Below, in pieces: positions 19,032 through 29,253 of a stretch of DNA of 46,564 nt. How positions within the stretch are numbered: position 1 is the stretch's first letter; the number at the start of each line of letters is the position of its first letter. Source of the stretch: Planctomycetota bacterium (GTDB lineage: Bacteria > Planctomycetota > B15-G4 > JADJEK01). The notes beneath the pieces are model-generated. The model saw only the letters and a program-made list of their open reading frames with translations, ran no database searches and had not been told where the DNA came from. A program made the position numbers and the translations under genes. The DNA lies in the NCBI GenBank assembly GCA_016213895.1, contig JACQZJ010000058.1, positions 1 to 46,564 of the forward strand, written 5' to 3'.

Positions 19032-19976
19032 ATGTCCAGAACCCCGGCGCTCCTCTTCGCCTGCGCGGCGCTTTCTTGCGGCAGCGCGGCAGCGGACGAG
19101 TTCACGCTCGCAGACGGCAAGGTGGTGCGCGGCGACGTGCTGAAAGAAACCGCCGACAAGGTGTTCGTCGACATCGGCTTCACCGTGCTCGACGTGCCCA
19201 AGGCGGACGTCGTCAGCCGCGTGGCCGAGGCAGAGGAGAGCCTGGCGGAGCCGGCGGAGGAGGAGAGCCGCGGCCTCTACTCCGAGGCCGAGCTCGCCGA
19301 CCTGGGCGTCAAGGCGGCGGTCGAGAAGTACGGCGAGGGCGTGGTCCTGGTGAAAGTGCCGGGAGCGCTCGGCTCGGGCTTCATCATCCGCGAGGACGGC
19401 TACATCATCACCAACTCGCACGTGGTGCAGGGCGAGATCGAGGTCTCGGTCGTGATCTACCACCTGGCCGACGGCCAGTTCGAGAAGAAGAACTTCGACA
19501 AGGTCAAGGTCGTGGCCGTGAACCCCTTCGTCGACCTGGCGCTGCTCAAGATCGAGGAGGAGGACCTGAAGGACACCAAGCTGCAGAAGGTCTACCTCGG
19601 CGACATCGAGAAGGTCGAGGTCGGCCAGCAGGTGTTCGTGGTGGGCGCGCCGCAGGGGATGGAGCGCAGCGTCACCGAGGGCATCGTCTCGATCAAGAAC
19701 CGCGAGAACGACGGCAAGGTCTACATCCAGATCGACGCCGCGGTGAACCCGGGCAACTCGGGCGGCCCGCTGTTCAACACGCGCGGCGAGGTGATCGGCG
19801 TCAACACCTGGAAGCGGCTCTTCTCCGAGGGGCTGAACTTCGCCATCCCGGTGGACTACGTGAAGCACTTCATCCGGAACCGCGACGCCTTCGCCTACGA
19901 CCGCGACAACCCCAACTCCGGCTACCGCTACCTGCCGCCGCCCAGCCGCCCGAAGACCGAGAACCCGGAGGAGTGA
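19032..19976 (+). CDS. Trypsin-like (S1C/HtrA-type catalytic domain) serine protease without a PDZ domain; secreted or lipoprotein
   Basis: Catalytic triad context: 'TNSHVV' (His), 'DLALLKI' (Asp) and 'GNSGGPL' (Ser). The signal peptide carries a possible lipobox 'LSCG'. Confidence 0.85.
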   Translation: MSRTPALLFACAALSCGSAAADEFTLADGKVVRGDVLKETADKVFVDIGFTVLDVPKADVVSRVAEAEESLAEPAEEESRGLYSEAELADLGVKAAVEKYGEGVVLVKVPGALGSGFIIREDGYIITNSHVVQGEIEVSVVIYHLADGQFEKKNFDKVKVVAVNPFVDLALLKIEEEDLKDTKLQKVYLGDIEKVEVGQQVFVVGAPQGMERSVTEGIVSIKNRENDGKVYIQIDAAVNPGNSGGPLFNTRGEVIGVNTWKRLFSEGLNFAIPVDYVKHFIRNRDAFAYDRDNPNSGYRYLPPPSRPKTENPEE

Positions 19977-19980
19977 GATC

Positions 19981-20454
19981 GTGCACACCGAACTCAAGGG
20001 CACGCTGGACGGCAGCGGCCTGCGCATCGCGATCGTGGCCGCCAAGTTCAACGAGTTCATCACCACGCGCCTGCTGGCCGGAGCGCTCGACGAGCTCGGC
20101 AAGCTCGGCGTCAAGCCCGAGAACGTGACCGTGGCCTGGACGCCAGGCGCGTTCGACATGCCGCTCGTGGCCAAGGCCTTTGCCGAAAGCGGCAAGATGG
20201 ACGTGATCGTCTGCCTGGGCGCGGTCATCCGCGGCGAGACCGACCACTACCATCACGTGGCCGAGGGCGTGGCCAAGGGCATCGCCAGCGTGGCGCTGCA
20301 GAGCGGCGTGCCGGTTCTCTTCGGCGTGCTCACGGTCGACAGCCTCGAGCAGGCGATCAACCGCGCCGGCGCCAAGTCGGGCAACAAGGGCGCGGAGACG
20401 GCGCGCGCCGCGATCGAGACCTGCCACCTGCTGCGGCGCATCCGCGGCGCCTGA
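19981..20454 (+). CDS. ribH: 6,7-dimethyl-8-ribityllumazine synthase
   Basis: 'GLRIAIVAAKFNEFIT', 'VAWTPGAFDMP' and 'ETDHYHHVAEG' are canonical RibH motifs. GTG start with an upstream GGAGGAG. Confidence 0.9.
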   Translation: MHTELKGTLDGSGLRIAIVAAKFNEFITTRLLAGALDELGKLGVKPENVTVAWTPGAFDMPLVAKAFAESGKMDVIVCLGAVIRGETDHYHHVAEGVAKGIASVALQSGVPVLFGVLTVDSLEQAINRAGAKSGNKGAETARAAIETCHLLRRIRGA

Positions 20455-20456
20455 TC

Positions 20457-20969
20457 ATGGCGACACGCAGGAGGACGCGGGCCCGCGAGCTGGCCCTGCA
20501 GCACCTCTACGCCGTGGACCTGCGCGCGGACGGGTTGACGCTCGAACCCGGCCCCTTCCTGCGCGCGCAGACCAAGGACGACGAGGTCTACCTGTTCGCC
20601 ATCGGCCTGGTGAACGGCTGCCTCGCCCACCGCGAGCGCATCGACCAGGAGATCCGCCGCGTGGCGGATAACTGGGACTTCGACCGCATGGCCGCGGTGG
20701 ACCGCAACATCCTGCGCATCGGCGCGTACGAGCTGCTCTTCCGCGAGGACATTCCCCCTCAGGTCACGCTGAACGAGGCCATCGAGCTGGCCAAGCGCTT
20801 CTCCACGGCGAAATCCGGCGCCTTCGTGAACGGCGTGCTCGACCGCGTGCGCGGCGACGCCGGCCGCGAGCCGAGCCGCGCGCCTCTTCCGCGCGCCGCG
20901 GGCGAGGAGGCGGCGCGCGAGCCCGAGGGCGAGACCGCCGAGACCCTCGACGACCTCGAGACTCCCTAG
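20457..20969 (+). CDS. nusB: Transcription antitermination factor NusB
   Basis: 'RARELALQHLY', 'NWDFDRMAAVDRNILRIGAYELLF' and 'AIELAKRFSTAKSGAFVNGVLD'. The conserved ribH-nusB arrangement supports the call. Confidence 0.9.
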   Translation: MATRRRTRARELALQHLYAVDLRADGLTLEPGPFLRAQTKDDEVYLFAIGLVNGCLAHRERIDQEIRRVADNWDFDRMAAVDRNILRIGAYELLFREDIPPQVTLNEAIELAKRFSTAKSGAFVNGVLDRVRGDAGREPSRAPLPRAAGEEAAREPEGETAETLDDLETP

Positions 20970-20991
20970 CCCCCCTCCCAGAGAGAGAACG

Positions 20992-21894
20992 ATGTTCGAG
21001 CGACTGCGCGCCGGACTGAGGAAGACGCGAGAGAAGCTGGCCGCCGGCCTGAACGCCATCCTGTCGATCGGCCGCGACCTGGACGACGCGCTGCTCGACG
21101 AGCTGGAGGAGCTGCTCTACACCGCGGACCTGGGCGCGACCGGCACCGAGATCATCGAGAAGGCGCGCACCGCGTACCGGCAGCGCGCGCTCAAGACCTC
21201 GGACCAGGTGTACGACTTCCTGAAGCAGGAGGTCAGGGAGCGCCTCGGCGCGCGCGCCGAGGTGCGCCTGGCGGAGAAGGCCCCCACCGTCATCCTGGTC
21301 GTGGGCGTGAACGGCTCGGGCAAGACCACCTCCATCGCCAAGCTGGCGCGCTTTTTCGCGCGCCGCGGCCAGAAGGTGGTCATCGGCGCGGCCGACACCT
21401 TCCGCGCCGCGGCCGTGGAGCAGCTCGCGATCTGGGCGGAGCGCGTGGGCGCGTCCCTGGTCAAGGGCAAGGCCCAGGGCGATCCCGCGGCCGTGGCCTT
21501 CGACGCGGCCGAGACCGCGCTCGCAGAGGGCGCGGACGTGCTGCTCGTGGACACCGCGGGGAGGCTTCACACGCACGAGACCTTGATGCGCGAGCTGACC
21601 AAGATCAGCAGCGTGCTCGGCAAGCGCATCGCGGGCGCGCCGCACGAGGTGATCCTGGTGCTCGACGCCACCACCGGCCAGAACGCGCTCGTCCAGGCCG
21701 AGAAGTTCAAGGCCGCGGTGCCGGTGAGCGCGCTCTTCCTCGCCAAGCTCGACGGCTCGGCCAAGGGCGGGGCAGCGGTCGCCATCCGCGACCGGGTCGG
21801 CCTGCCGGTCAAGTTCGTGGGCGTGGGCGAGAAGGCGGACGACATCGAGGAGTTCGACCCGCAGGCCTTCGCGGAGTCGCTCTTCGCCGGATGA
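20992..21894 (+). CDS. ftsY: Signal-recognition-particle receptor FtsY (NG domain only)
   Basis: GTPase motifs 'VGVNGSGKTTSIAKLA', 'DTFRAAAVEQL' and 'DTAGR', and the ending 'FVGVGEKADDIEEFDPQAF'. Confidence 0.9.
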   Translation: MFERLRAGLRKTREKLAAGLNAILSIGRDLDDALLDELEELLYTADLGATGTEIIEKARTAYRQRALKTSDQVYDFLKQEVRERLGARAEVRLAEKAPTVILVVGVNGSGKTTSIAKLARFFARRGQKVVIGAADTFRAAAVEQLAIWAERVGASLVKGKAQGDPAAVAFDAAETALAEGADVLLVDTAGRLHTHETLMRELTKISSVLGKRIAGAPHEVILVLDATTGQNALVQAEKFKAAVPVSALFLAKLDGSAKGGAAVAIRDRVGLPVKFVGVGEKADDIEEFDPQAFAESLFAG

Positions 21895-21925
21895 CGCGGA
21901 AGAAAGCGTCGCTACGCTACCGGCA

Positions 21926-24160
21926 ATGGCTCCGCTCCTCCTCCTCTTCGCGGTCCTCCTCGCCGTCGACCCCATGGTCTTCGAGCAGCCGCACCTCAAG
22001 GAAGGGGTGCTGCTCTTCCTCGGCCCGCTCGTGCTCCTGCGCTCGGCCTGGAGCGGCACGCTCAGGCGCGCCGCGGCCGCGCCCCTCACCCGGCCGCTGC
22101 TCGCGCTTGCCGCCCTGACCGGCCTGTGGACCGTGCTCGCGGCGGTCGCCACTGCGAACGTGCCGGACGCGATCCGCGCCTGCGGCTGCCTGCTGGTCGG
22201 CCTGCTCGTCCTGCTCGAGGTCCACGAGACGAGCTACGACCGCCCGCTGCGCCTGCCGGCGGCGCTGCTTCTCGCCGGCGCGCTCGCCGCGGCCCTCGCT
22301 CTGCTGCAGGCCGCGGGCCTGGACTTCCCCTTCGCCGATCCGGATGGCGCGAACCCGGCCGTTTCCTTCTTCGGCAACACCAACCTGACCGGCGAATTCC
22401 TGGCGCCGATCGTGCCGCTCGCCTGCGTGCTCGCGGCAGGAGCGCCCGCGCGTCTCCGGGCCCTCGCCCTGGCGGCGCTGGCGCTCGCGCTCGCCGCGCT
22501 CGTCCTCACGGGCAGCCGCGGCGCAATGCTCGCCGCGGCGCTGGGGCTTTGCTTCGCGCTCCTGCTTGCGCGCGGGCTGGTGCGCGGCCGCCTGTTCAAC
22601 GTCCCGGTCCTGGCGGCGCTCCTTGCCGGCGCGGTCCTCGCGTTCCTCGTGGGCGGAGCCGAGGCCTTCCGCGCCAAGACGATCGCGACGAGCCCGGCCT
22701 CGATCGCGTCGCCGGAGTATCCGACGAACCGCCAGCGCCTGGCTCTGGCGCGCGCCACGCTCGACCTGGCGCGCGCGGCGCCGCTTCTCGGCCACGGGCC
22801 CGGCAGCTTCCGCTCGTCCTTCCCCCCTTTCCGCGATCCCGAGGAGGCGGCGATCCCGACGCTCGCCGGCGCACGCTCCGAGGCCGAGGATCCGCACAAC
22901 CAGTACCTGCTGTTTCTCGCCGAGGGCGGGATCGTCTCGCTGCTTTTGTTCCTCGGCCTGGTCCTGCCGGCCCTGTTCGCGTTCCGCGGCGCCGCCTTGC
23001 TGCCGGAAGGGGATGCGCGCCGGGTGGCGGCCGCGGCGCAGGCCGCGGCCCTGCTCGCGCTCCTTGCGGTCGCGCTCTTCCGTTCGCCGCTCGAGCACCC
23101 GCCCTCCGCGCTGCTCTTCTTCCTGCTGTGCGGCGCGCTCCTGCCCTATCGCGGGTCGGTGCTCACGGATGAGCGGCCGCGGCGCCCCCCGGGCTTCCTC
23201 AGCCGCATCCTGCCGCTCTACATGGTCGCGCTCGCCGCTCTCGGCCTGCTCGCGCTCGGCGCCGACCTGGCCCAGGGGATGGCGCACCGGCTGACGGAGT
23301 CCGCCTCGACGACCGGCAACCGCGCGCACCTCTTGCGCGCCGAGCGCTGGCTCGCGTTTGCCGCGACGCTCGACCCGGGCGGCCTGGACACGCTCCAGCT
23401 CCGCGCGGCGACCCTGCGCATCCTGGGGAAGGGCGGCGAAAGCCGCGTGGCCGAGGAGGAGGCCGTGCACCGGCGCATCCTCGCGCTCTACCCGTGGCAC
23501 GAGGCGTCGCTCCTGCGGCTCGGCGGCATCCTGGCCGATGAGGACAGGGTTCAGGCGGCGCGGAGCTCCTTGCGCCGCGCGCTCGAGCTGCGGCGCGGGG
23601 CCAAGCCGGCTTCGGCCGAGGACATGGCCGAACTGCTCGCGCGCTCGGGCCACGCGCGCGGCGCGGCGCGGCTGCTCTTCGACGAGGTGCGCCGCGGAGC
23701 GCTCCCGGCCGGGAGCCTGCGGCGAGCCGCCGACGAGGCGAAGGCGAGCGGCGCAGAGGACCTCGAGTTCGCCTGCCACGAGGCGATCCTCGAGCTCTAC
23801 CCCTACGACGGCGACTCGGCCTTCCGCGCTGGCGAGATCGAGACCGCGAGAAACAGGCCCGAGGCGGCGCGGCGCCTGTACGCCCGGGCGCACGTCTCGT
23901 TCGCGCTCGAGTTCCTCGGGCAGCGCGACTACGAGGCGGCGCGAGAGGCGGCGGAGCGCGCGGCGCGGCACGAGGCCCTGCTCGAGGCCGAGGTGCTCTC
24001 GGCGCTCGCCGCCGTGGGAGAGGGGGACAAGGGCGCGGTCGAGCGCCTGCGCGCCGAGCGGCCCGAGCCCCTGCCCGCGGAGTTCATGCGGGCGCTGCGC
24101 CTGCTCGAGGGGAACGGCGACCTCGCGCCGGCCGTGCGCGCCCTGGCCGGCGCGGAATAG
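21926..24160 (+). CDS. O-antigen-ligase/polymerase-like (Wzy_C domain) polytopic membrane protein with a C-terminal TPR-like domain
   Basis: About 12 TM helices, a 'LTGSRGA' loop motif typical of O-antigen ligase family proteins, and an Ala/Leu/Arg-rich helical repeat tail. Confidence 0.7.
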   Translation: MAPLLLLFAVLLAVDPMVFEQPHLKEGVLLFLGPLVLLRSAWSGTLRRAAAAPLTRPLLALAALTGLWTVLAAVATANVPDAIRACGCLLVGLLVLLEVHETSYDRPLRLPAALLLAGALAAALALLQAAGLDFPFADPDGANPAVSFFGNTNLTGEFLAPIVPLACVLAAGAPARLRALALAALALALAALVLTGSRGAMLAAALGLCFALLLARGLVRGRLFNVPVLAALLAGAVLAFLVGGAEAFRAKTIATSPASIASPEYPTNRQRLALARATLDLARAAPLLGHGPGSFRSSFPPFRDPEEAAIPTLAGARSEAEDPHNQYLLFLAEGGIVSLLLFLGLVLPALFAFRGAALLPEGDARRVAAAAQAAALLALLAVALFRSPLEHPPSALLFFLLCGALLPYRGSVLTDERPRRPPGFLSRILPLYMVALAALGLLALGADLAQGMAHRLTESASTTGNRAHLLRAERWLAFAATLDPGGLDTLQLRAATLRILGKGGESRVAEEEAVHRRILALYPWHEASLLRLGGILADEDRVQAARSSLRRALELRRGAKPASAEDMAELLARSGHARGAARLLFDEVRRGALPAGSLRRAADEAKASGAEDLEFACHEAILELYPYDGDSAFRAGEIETARNRPEAARRLYARAHVSFALEFLGQRDYEAAREAAERAARHEALLEAEVLSALAAVGEGDKGAVERLRAERPEPLPAEFMRALRLLEGNGDLAPAVRALAGAE

Positions 24161-24592
24161 TCACGCTTTCGAATCGTCGCACGCGGCGCACAGGCCGAAG
24201 AGCTTGAGCGAGTGCGAGAGCACGCGGAAGCGGCTGCCCTTGGCGGCCTGCTCCTGCAGCTTCTCGATCGCGGTCTCGCTGAACTCGGCGATCTGGCCGC
24301 AGCCCAGGCAGATCATGTGATCGTGGTGCTCGCGGCCCGAGATGGCCTCGTAGATCTTCGGCTCGCGCACGCCCACCTCCAACTCCTCGAGGAAGTGCGC
24401 TTCGACCAAGAGCTTGAGCGTGCGGTAGATGGTCGCCTTGGAGACGTAGGTCTTCTCGCGCCTCAAGACCAGGTAGAGGTCGTCGGCCGAGAAGTGCTTG
24501 GGCATGGAGAAGGCGCGCTGCACGATCTTCAGGCGCTGCGCCGTGTGCTTGAGGCGGTTGTCGCGCAGGAAGCGCTCGAACAGCTCGTTCAC
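24161..24592 (-). CDS. fur: Fur-family metal-responsive transcriptional regulator
   Basis: 'LKHTAQRLKIVQ', an HHDH metal site and two CxxC pairs ('CLGCGQ'...'CAACD'). Probable GTG start at 24592, 30 bp downstream of purD. Confidence 0.8.
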   Translation of the reverse strand: MNELFERFLRDNRLKHTAQRLKIVQRAFSMPKHFSADDLYLVLRREKTYVSKATIYRTLKLLVEAHFLEELEVGVREPKIYEAISGREHHDHMICLGCGQIAEFSETAIEKLQEQAAKGSRFRVLSHSLKLFGLCAACDDSKA

Positions 24593-24621
24593 CTTGGCGT
24601 TCCTGCGGTCTTGCTCGCGCC

Positions 24622-25908
24622 TCACTGCAGCGCCCCTTCGTGCTCCGCGCGGCCGATGTCCGTGCGGTAATGAGCGTCCTGGAAACGGATCTTCCCGACC
24701 GCCTCGTAGGCGCGCCGGCACGCCGCCTCGACGCCGGCGCCGAGCGCGGTGACGCCGAGCACCCGGCCGCCGGCCGTCACCAGGCGGCCGTCGGAGAGGG
24801 CCGTGCCCGAGTGGAACACGCTGACGTCGGAGAGCGCCGCGGCGTCCTCCAGCCCCTCGATGGGGAAGCCCTTCTTGTACGCGCCCGGATAGCCGCCCGA
24901 GGCGAGGACCACGCAGCAGGCCGCGCGCTCGTCCCAGGAGATGGACTCGGACTCCTCGAGCCGGCCGTGGGCGGCGAGATCGAGCAGGGCGAGGAAGTCG
25001 GACCGGAGGCGCGGCAGGATGGCCTGGGCCTCGGGATCGCCGAGGCGCACGTTGAACTCGAGCACCTTGGGCCCGCCCGGGGTGAGCATGAGCCCGGCGT
25101 AGAGGAAGCCGCGGAAGGGACAGCCCGCGCGCGCCAGGGCGTGCACCACGGGCACGAGGATCTGCGACTCGACCTGGGAGAGCACGCCGCGCGTGACCGC
25201 GCGCGCCGGCGAGACCGCGCCCATGCCTCCGGTGTTCGGCCCGCGGTCGGAGTCGAAGGCCGCCTTGTGGTCGCGCGCCGGCTCGAGCAGCGCGATGGTG
25301 CGGCCGTCGACCACGGCCAGGACCGAGGCCTCGCTGCCCTCGAGGTGCTCCTCGATGATCGCGCGCGCGCCGGCCTCGCCGAAGCTCCTCTCGACCATGA
25401 CAGCGCGAACCGCCTGCTCCGCCGCGGCGCGGTCCCGGGCGATGAGCACGCCCTTGCCCGCGGCCAGCCCGTCCGCCTTGACCACGACCGGGTAGGTCTC
25501 GAGCGTTTCCAGGTGGCGGAGAGCCGAGTCGGCGGAGCTGAACACGCGGAACGTGGCCGTGGGGATGCGGTGCTTGCGGCACAGCTCCTTGGCGAAGGTC
25601 TTGCTTCCCTCGAGGCGCGCGGCGAGCCGGCTCGGACCGAAGAGCGGCCGCTCGGCCGCGGCAAAGGCGTCGGCTAGCCCAAGAACGAGCGGCGCCTCGG
25701 GGCCGACGATGGTCAGGTCGATGGACTCCCGCTCGGCGAAGCGGAGGAGCGTCGGGACGTCGTCCGCCGCGATGTCGACGCAGTCGGCGAGGGCGGCGAT
25801 CCCCGCGTTGCCGGGCGCCGCGTAGAGCCGTTTGAGCAGGGGTGAGCGCGCGATCGCGGCGCACAGGGCATGCTCGCGACCGCCTCCCCCGACCACGAGC
25901 ACGCGCAT
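24622..25908 (-). CDS. purD: Phosphoribosylamine--glycine ligase
   Basis: '[15 protein letters not shown]', an ATP-grasp core '[14 protein letters not shown]', and '[17 protein letters not shown]'. Confidence 0.9.
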   Translation of the reverse strand: MRVLVVGGGGREHALCAAIARSPLLKRLYAAPGNAGIAALADCVDIAADDVPTLLRFAERESIDLTIVGPEAPLVLGLADAFAAAERPLFGPSRLAARLEGSKTFAKELCRKHRIPTATFRVFSSADSALRHLETLETYPVVVKADGLAAGKGVLIARDRAAAEQAVRAVMVERSFGEAGARAIIEEHLEGSEASVLAVVDGRTIALLEPARDHKAAFDSDRGPNTGGMGAVSPARAVTRGVLSQVESQILVPVVHALARAGCPFRGFLYAGLMLTPGGPKVLEFNVRLGDPEAQAILPRLRSDFLALLDLAAHGRLEESESISWDERAACCVVLASGGYPGAYKKGFPIEGLEDAAALSDVSVFHSGTALSDGRLVTAGGRVLGVTALGAGVEAACRRAYEAVGKIRFQDAHYRTDIGRAEHEGALQ

Positions 25909-26069
25909 CGAGCCGCCAGTTTGAGAGGTGGTTTCGTGGACCAGGTCCGAGGCAAGCGTGACCCTACCACTCGCGGCGGAGAAGCGTCAAGGAAGGGAGG
26001 GCCGCGCGCGGGCCGGCCATGCCGTAGAATCGCGCTTGACGTTTCAGTGTTTCGGTCTCGAGGCGCGAG

Positions 26070-27335
26070 ATGATGAACCGAGCCGGCGCGGCCATCGCGT
26101 CCGTCCTTGTCCTGGTCGCGGCGCCTGTGGCCGCGGCGCAGGGCTTTGCTGCCAACCGGCTGTACGCGGCCTCGGTGGGCGAGGACGCGGTCTTCGAGTT
26201 CGACGGCTCGGGTGGAGTGCTGTGCACGCTCGGCGAGGGCGTGCTGCAGGATCCGCGCGGGCTCGCGTTCGGGCCGGACGGCCTGCTTTACGTCACGAGC
26301 GGGGACGAGATCCTCGCGTTCGACGCAGAGGGCCAGCTCGCCGCCACGATCGGACCGGGCACGGCGCTGTCCTCGCCGCGCGGCCTGGTCTTCGGCCCGG
26401 ACGGCAACCTCTACGCCACGTCCGGCGACCGCGTGCTGGCGTTCGACTCGAGCGGCGCGGAAGTGCGCGAAATCGGGGCGGACCTCCCCATCGGCGTGCC
26501 GGTCGGGATCGCCTTCAGCGCGGGCGGCGACCTGTACGTGGCGTCGGGCGGGGCCAACACGATCCTGCGCTTCGACGCGAGCGGCGTGCTGGTGGACGAG
26601 ATCGGCTCAGGCTCGAGCCTGAGCGTCCCCATGGGCATGGCATTCGGGCCGGGAGGCGTGCTCCACGTCGCGTCTTTCTTCAGCCACGAGATCCTGGCCT
26701 TCGACGCTGCCGGGCAGGAGGTTCCCGCGCTCACGATCAGCGATCCCGACCTGCTCTTCCCCATGGGCCTGGCGTTCGGCCCGAACGGGCACCTCTTCGC
26801 CAGCGCCTTCTTCAACGCCAAGGTCATCGAGTTCGACGAAGCCGGCGCCAAGGTGCAGGAGATCGCCGCGCCCGGCGGCTTCGAGAACCCGGAAGGCTTG
26901 GCCTTCTCGCCGCTGCGCCTGCGCGCGCGGCTCAAGGGCAAGGTGCGCCAGCGCGGCGCGGGCACGGCCAAGATCGCGGAGAGGGCCACGCTCTTCCTCG
27001 CGCCCGGCTCAGGGACGATGATGCTCGCCTTGAACGACGACCCGGGGAACGGCCAGGACCTGGCCTCGGCCTTCGGCTCGACCTCCATCGTCTTCCACGG
27101 CTTCGAGGCCTACCTCGACCTCGCGGCCGAGGAGCGGCGCTTCCAGGGAGCGCAGGTGGGCGCGCCGCTCCTCGCGGCCGGCCTGGCCTCGCTCACCCTG
27201 AAGGTGGAAGGCAAGCTCGCCGCCTTCGGCGACGGCACGGCCTTCAAGCCGAAGAAGGCGCGCGGCACCATCCACCGCGCCGCCTCGGGCAGCGTCTACA
27301 AGGGCCGCGTCAAGACCCACGAGATCCTCGACTGA
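26070..27335 (+). CDS. Secreted NHL/SMP-30-like beta-propeller repeat protein
   Basis: Signal peptide plus 6-7 repeats of 'P-x-G-[LVI]-AF-[GS]-P-DG-x-L-Y-V' type. Confidence 0.7.
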   Translation: MMNRAGAAIASVLVLVAAPVAAAQGFAANRLYAASVGEDAVFEFDGSGGVLCTLGEGVLQDPRGLAFGPDGLLYVTSGDEILAFDAEGQLAATIGPGTALSSPRGLVFGPDGNLYATSGDRVLAFDSSGAEVREIGADLPIGVPVGIAFSAGGDLYVASGGANTILRFDASGVLVDEIGSGSSLSVPMGMAFGPGGVLHVASFFSHEILAFDAAGQEVPALTISDPDLLFPMGLAFGPNGHLFASAFFNAKVIEFDEAGAKVQEIAAPGGFENPEGLAFSPLRLRARLKGKVRQRGAGTAKIAERATLFLAPGSGTMMLALNDDPGNGQDLASAFGSTSIVFHGFEAYLDLAAEERRFQGAQVGAPLLAAGLASLTLKVEGKLAAFGDGTAFKPKKARGTIHRAASGSVYKGRVKTHEILD

Positions 27336-27370
27336 CCGGCCCGTCCCTGGCACAATTCAACGTCGCACGA

Positions 27371-27447
27371 GCGCCCGTAGCTCAACCGGACAGAGCATCG
27401 GATTTCTAATCCGAGGGTTGCAGGTTCGAGTCCTGCCGGGCGTACCA
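27371..27447 (+). tRNA. tRNA-Arg(TCT)
   Basis: Manual fold: GCGCCCG-TA-GCTC...anticodon loop UUUCUAA (UCU)...GGTTCGAGTCC...CGGGCGT-A-CCA. 77 nt. Confidence 0.85.
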
Positions 27448-27473
27448 TTGCCGCCTGGGCCAACGGTGATCTC

Positions 27474-29024
27474 ATGAACACCTCGTTCACGAAGGCAGTG
27501 CTTCTCGGCGGCGCGCTGGCGGCGGCGTGGATGTTCTCCTCGCCCGCGCTGGTGCTCGGCTACAGCCTGATCGGCGGCAGCCTCGGCATCGGCACGACCG
27601 GGAACGGCTTCCAGCGCGACTTCCGCATCCGCAACAACGCCGCAGACCCGGCCGCCAACAACAACACCACGCCCGAGGCGGACCACCCCGGAGCGCTCGG
27701 CGCCGCGCTCGCGGTCTGGAAGGCGGGGCAGGCCTGGAACTCGACCACGGTCGACGCCGCGCGGAACTTCGACTTCGACTGGCAGGGCGCGACCGCGAGC
27801 ACCGCGAACAACGAGAACATCGTGCTCTGGGCCGACAGCGGCTGCTCGGCCGGAGTCCTCGCCTACACGATGACGCCGATCAGCGACGGCTGGATGATGG
27901 TGATCTGCGAGTCGGCGTGGGTGTGGTCCGACGGCCCGGGCGATCCGGGCAGCGGCGAGATCGACATCCAGGGCGTGGTGGCGCATGAGCTCGGCCATGC
28001 GCTCGGCCTCGGCCACACCAGCGTGGGCTGCAGCGGCGGCTGCGCCACCCAGCCAACCATGTGCCCCTACCTGTGCGGCACCGGGGTCTTGATGCGCGAC
28101 ATCGAGGGCGACGACCAGGCCGGCTTGCAGGCGGTCTACGGCACGATCCCGGCGAACAAGCCGGTCATCTCGAGCCTTTCCGGGTCGACCGCGACCGGCG
28201 GCACGCTCACGATCCACGGTTCCAACTTCGCCGGCACCGTGAACGTGAAGTTCACCGCGGACGCCGCCCAGAACACGGGCACGATAACGGGAGTGGTCTA
28301 CAACGTGACCAGCGTGAGCGGCACGCAGATCGACGTGGTGATCCCGGCCGCCGCACTGGACGGCGAGGTGCACGTCTGGGAGCCGAGCCTCAGCCGCCTC
28401 TCGAACGGCTATCCGATCGACATCAACGCGGCGCCGCCGGCGCCGAGCATCACGAGCCTCGCGCCAGGGAGCGCGCAGGCGATCGGCGGCGAAGTGATCA
28501 CGCTGACCGGCGCGAGCTTCACCGGCGCCGCGAGCGTCCAGGTCGGCACGGTCACGCTGCTGCCGCCGCTCGGGTTCACGATCGTGAACGACGCGACGAT
28601 CACGTTCAAGGCGCCGCCGGCGACCGCGCTCGGCGCCGCCAGCGTCACCGTCACGAACGCCACGGGCACGAGCAACGCCCTGCCGCTCAACTACGTCGTG
28701 ACCAGCCCGGCAGAGATCATCGCGCCCCCGCAGCTCGCGAACGGCGCGCCCGCCACGTGGTCATGGGGCGATGATCCGGGCGACGCGGTCCTGCTGCTCG
28801 TGAACCTCGACGGCGCCACGGGAGTGCACTCGGGCATGACCATCCTCACGGCGCTGCTCGCCCTCCCCTTCCCCGACCTGGACGCGGCCGGCCTCGGCGG
28901 CTTCACCGCGACGCCGAGCGGCGTTCCCGTGGGGACCACGTTCTACACGCAGGTCCTGACCCACACCGGAACGCTGGCCACTCTGGAAGCATCGGACATC
29001 GACTTGACGAACGTGGTCCCGTGA
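27474..29024 (+). CDS. Secreted metzincin (matrixin/M10-like) zinc metalloprotease with C-terminal IPT/TIG-like beta-sandwich repeats
   Basis: Signal peptide, the zinc motif 'HELGHALGLGH' (HExxHxxGxxH), and a downstream 'MCPY' as a possible Met-turn. Several roughly 90-aa Thr/Gly-rich repeats follow ('ISSLSGSTATGGTLTIHGSNFAG', 'ITSLAPGSAQAIGGEVITLTGASFTG'). Confidence 0.75.
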   Translation: MNTSFTKAVLLGGALAAAWMFSSPALVLGYSLIGGSLGIGTTGNGFQRDFRIRNNAADPAANNNTTPEADHPGALGAALAVWKAGQAWNSTTVDAARNFDFDWQGATASTANNENIVLWADSGCSAGVLAYTMTPISDGWMMVICESAWVWSDGPGDPGSGEIDIQGVVAHELGHALGLGHTSVGCSGGCATQPTMCPYLCGTGVLMRDIEGDDQAGLQAVYGTIPANKPVISSLSGSTATGGTLTIHGSNFAGTVNVKFTADAAQNTGTITGVVYNVTSVSGTQIDVVIPAAALDGEVHVWEPSLSRLSNGYPIDINAAPPAPSITSLAPGSAQAIGGEVITLTGASFTGAASVQVGTVTLLPPLGFTIVNDATITFKAPPATALGAASVTVTNATGTSNALPLNYVVTSPAEIIAPPQLANGAPATWSWGDDPGDAVLLLVNLDGATGVHSGMTILTALLALPFPDLDAAGLGGFTATPSGVPVGTTFYTQVLTHTGTLATLEASDIDLTNVVP

Positions 29025-29052
29025 GGCCGCCGCGCTCGAGCTGCGTGAGCCA

Positions 29053-29253
29053 CTACTCGCCTGCCGGCTCTTCCTCGAATCCTGCCAGCTCGATCGCTCG
29101 CCAGAGATCCTGCCCGACTGCGTGCCAGTCCAGGGCGAGGGCGATGCGATCGGCCTGCTCCGGGCTGCCGCAGCGGCTGTATTCCTCGAAGGAGCCACCC
29201 GGGTCGAGGATCCTCCCCACGCCTTCCAGGAATGGCGGTCGCGCGAAGAACAT
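29053..29253 (-). CDS. Possible small ORF (66 aa) in a convergent intergenic gap; may not be real
   Basis: It is the only ORF lying wholly within the 352-bp gap between the metalloprotease and galK. Composition is acidic and not R-rich. No homology evidence. Confidence 0.2.
   Translation of the reverse strand: MFFARPPFLEGVGRILDPGGSFEEYSRCGSPEQADRIALALDWHAVGQDLWRAIELAGFEEEPAGE

Noticed and set aside
16497-20228. 1243-aa version of the FG-GAP ORF
   Set aside because: The N-terminal 460 codons are antisense to the trypsin-like protease and ribH and lack FG-GAP repeats. A signal peptide follows the internal Met at 18848, which is taken as the true start.
27296-27490. 64-aa minus-strand ORF
   Set aside because: Antisense to tRNA-Arg(TCT). 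The translation 'GLEPATLGLE' is the typical tRNA-antisense artefact.
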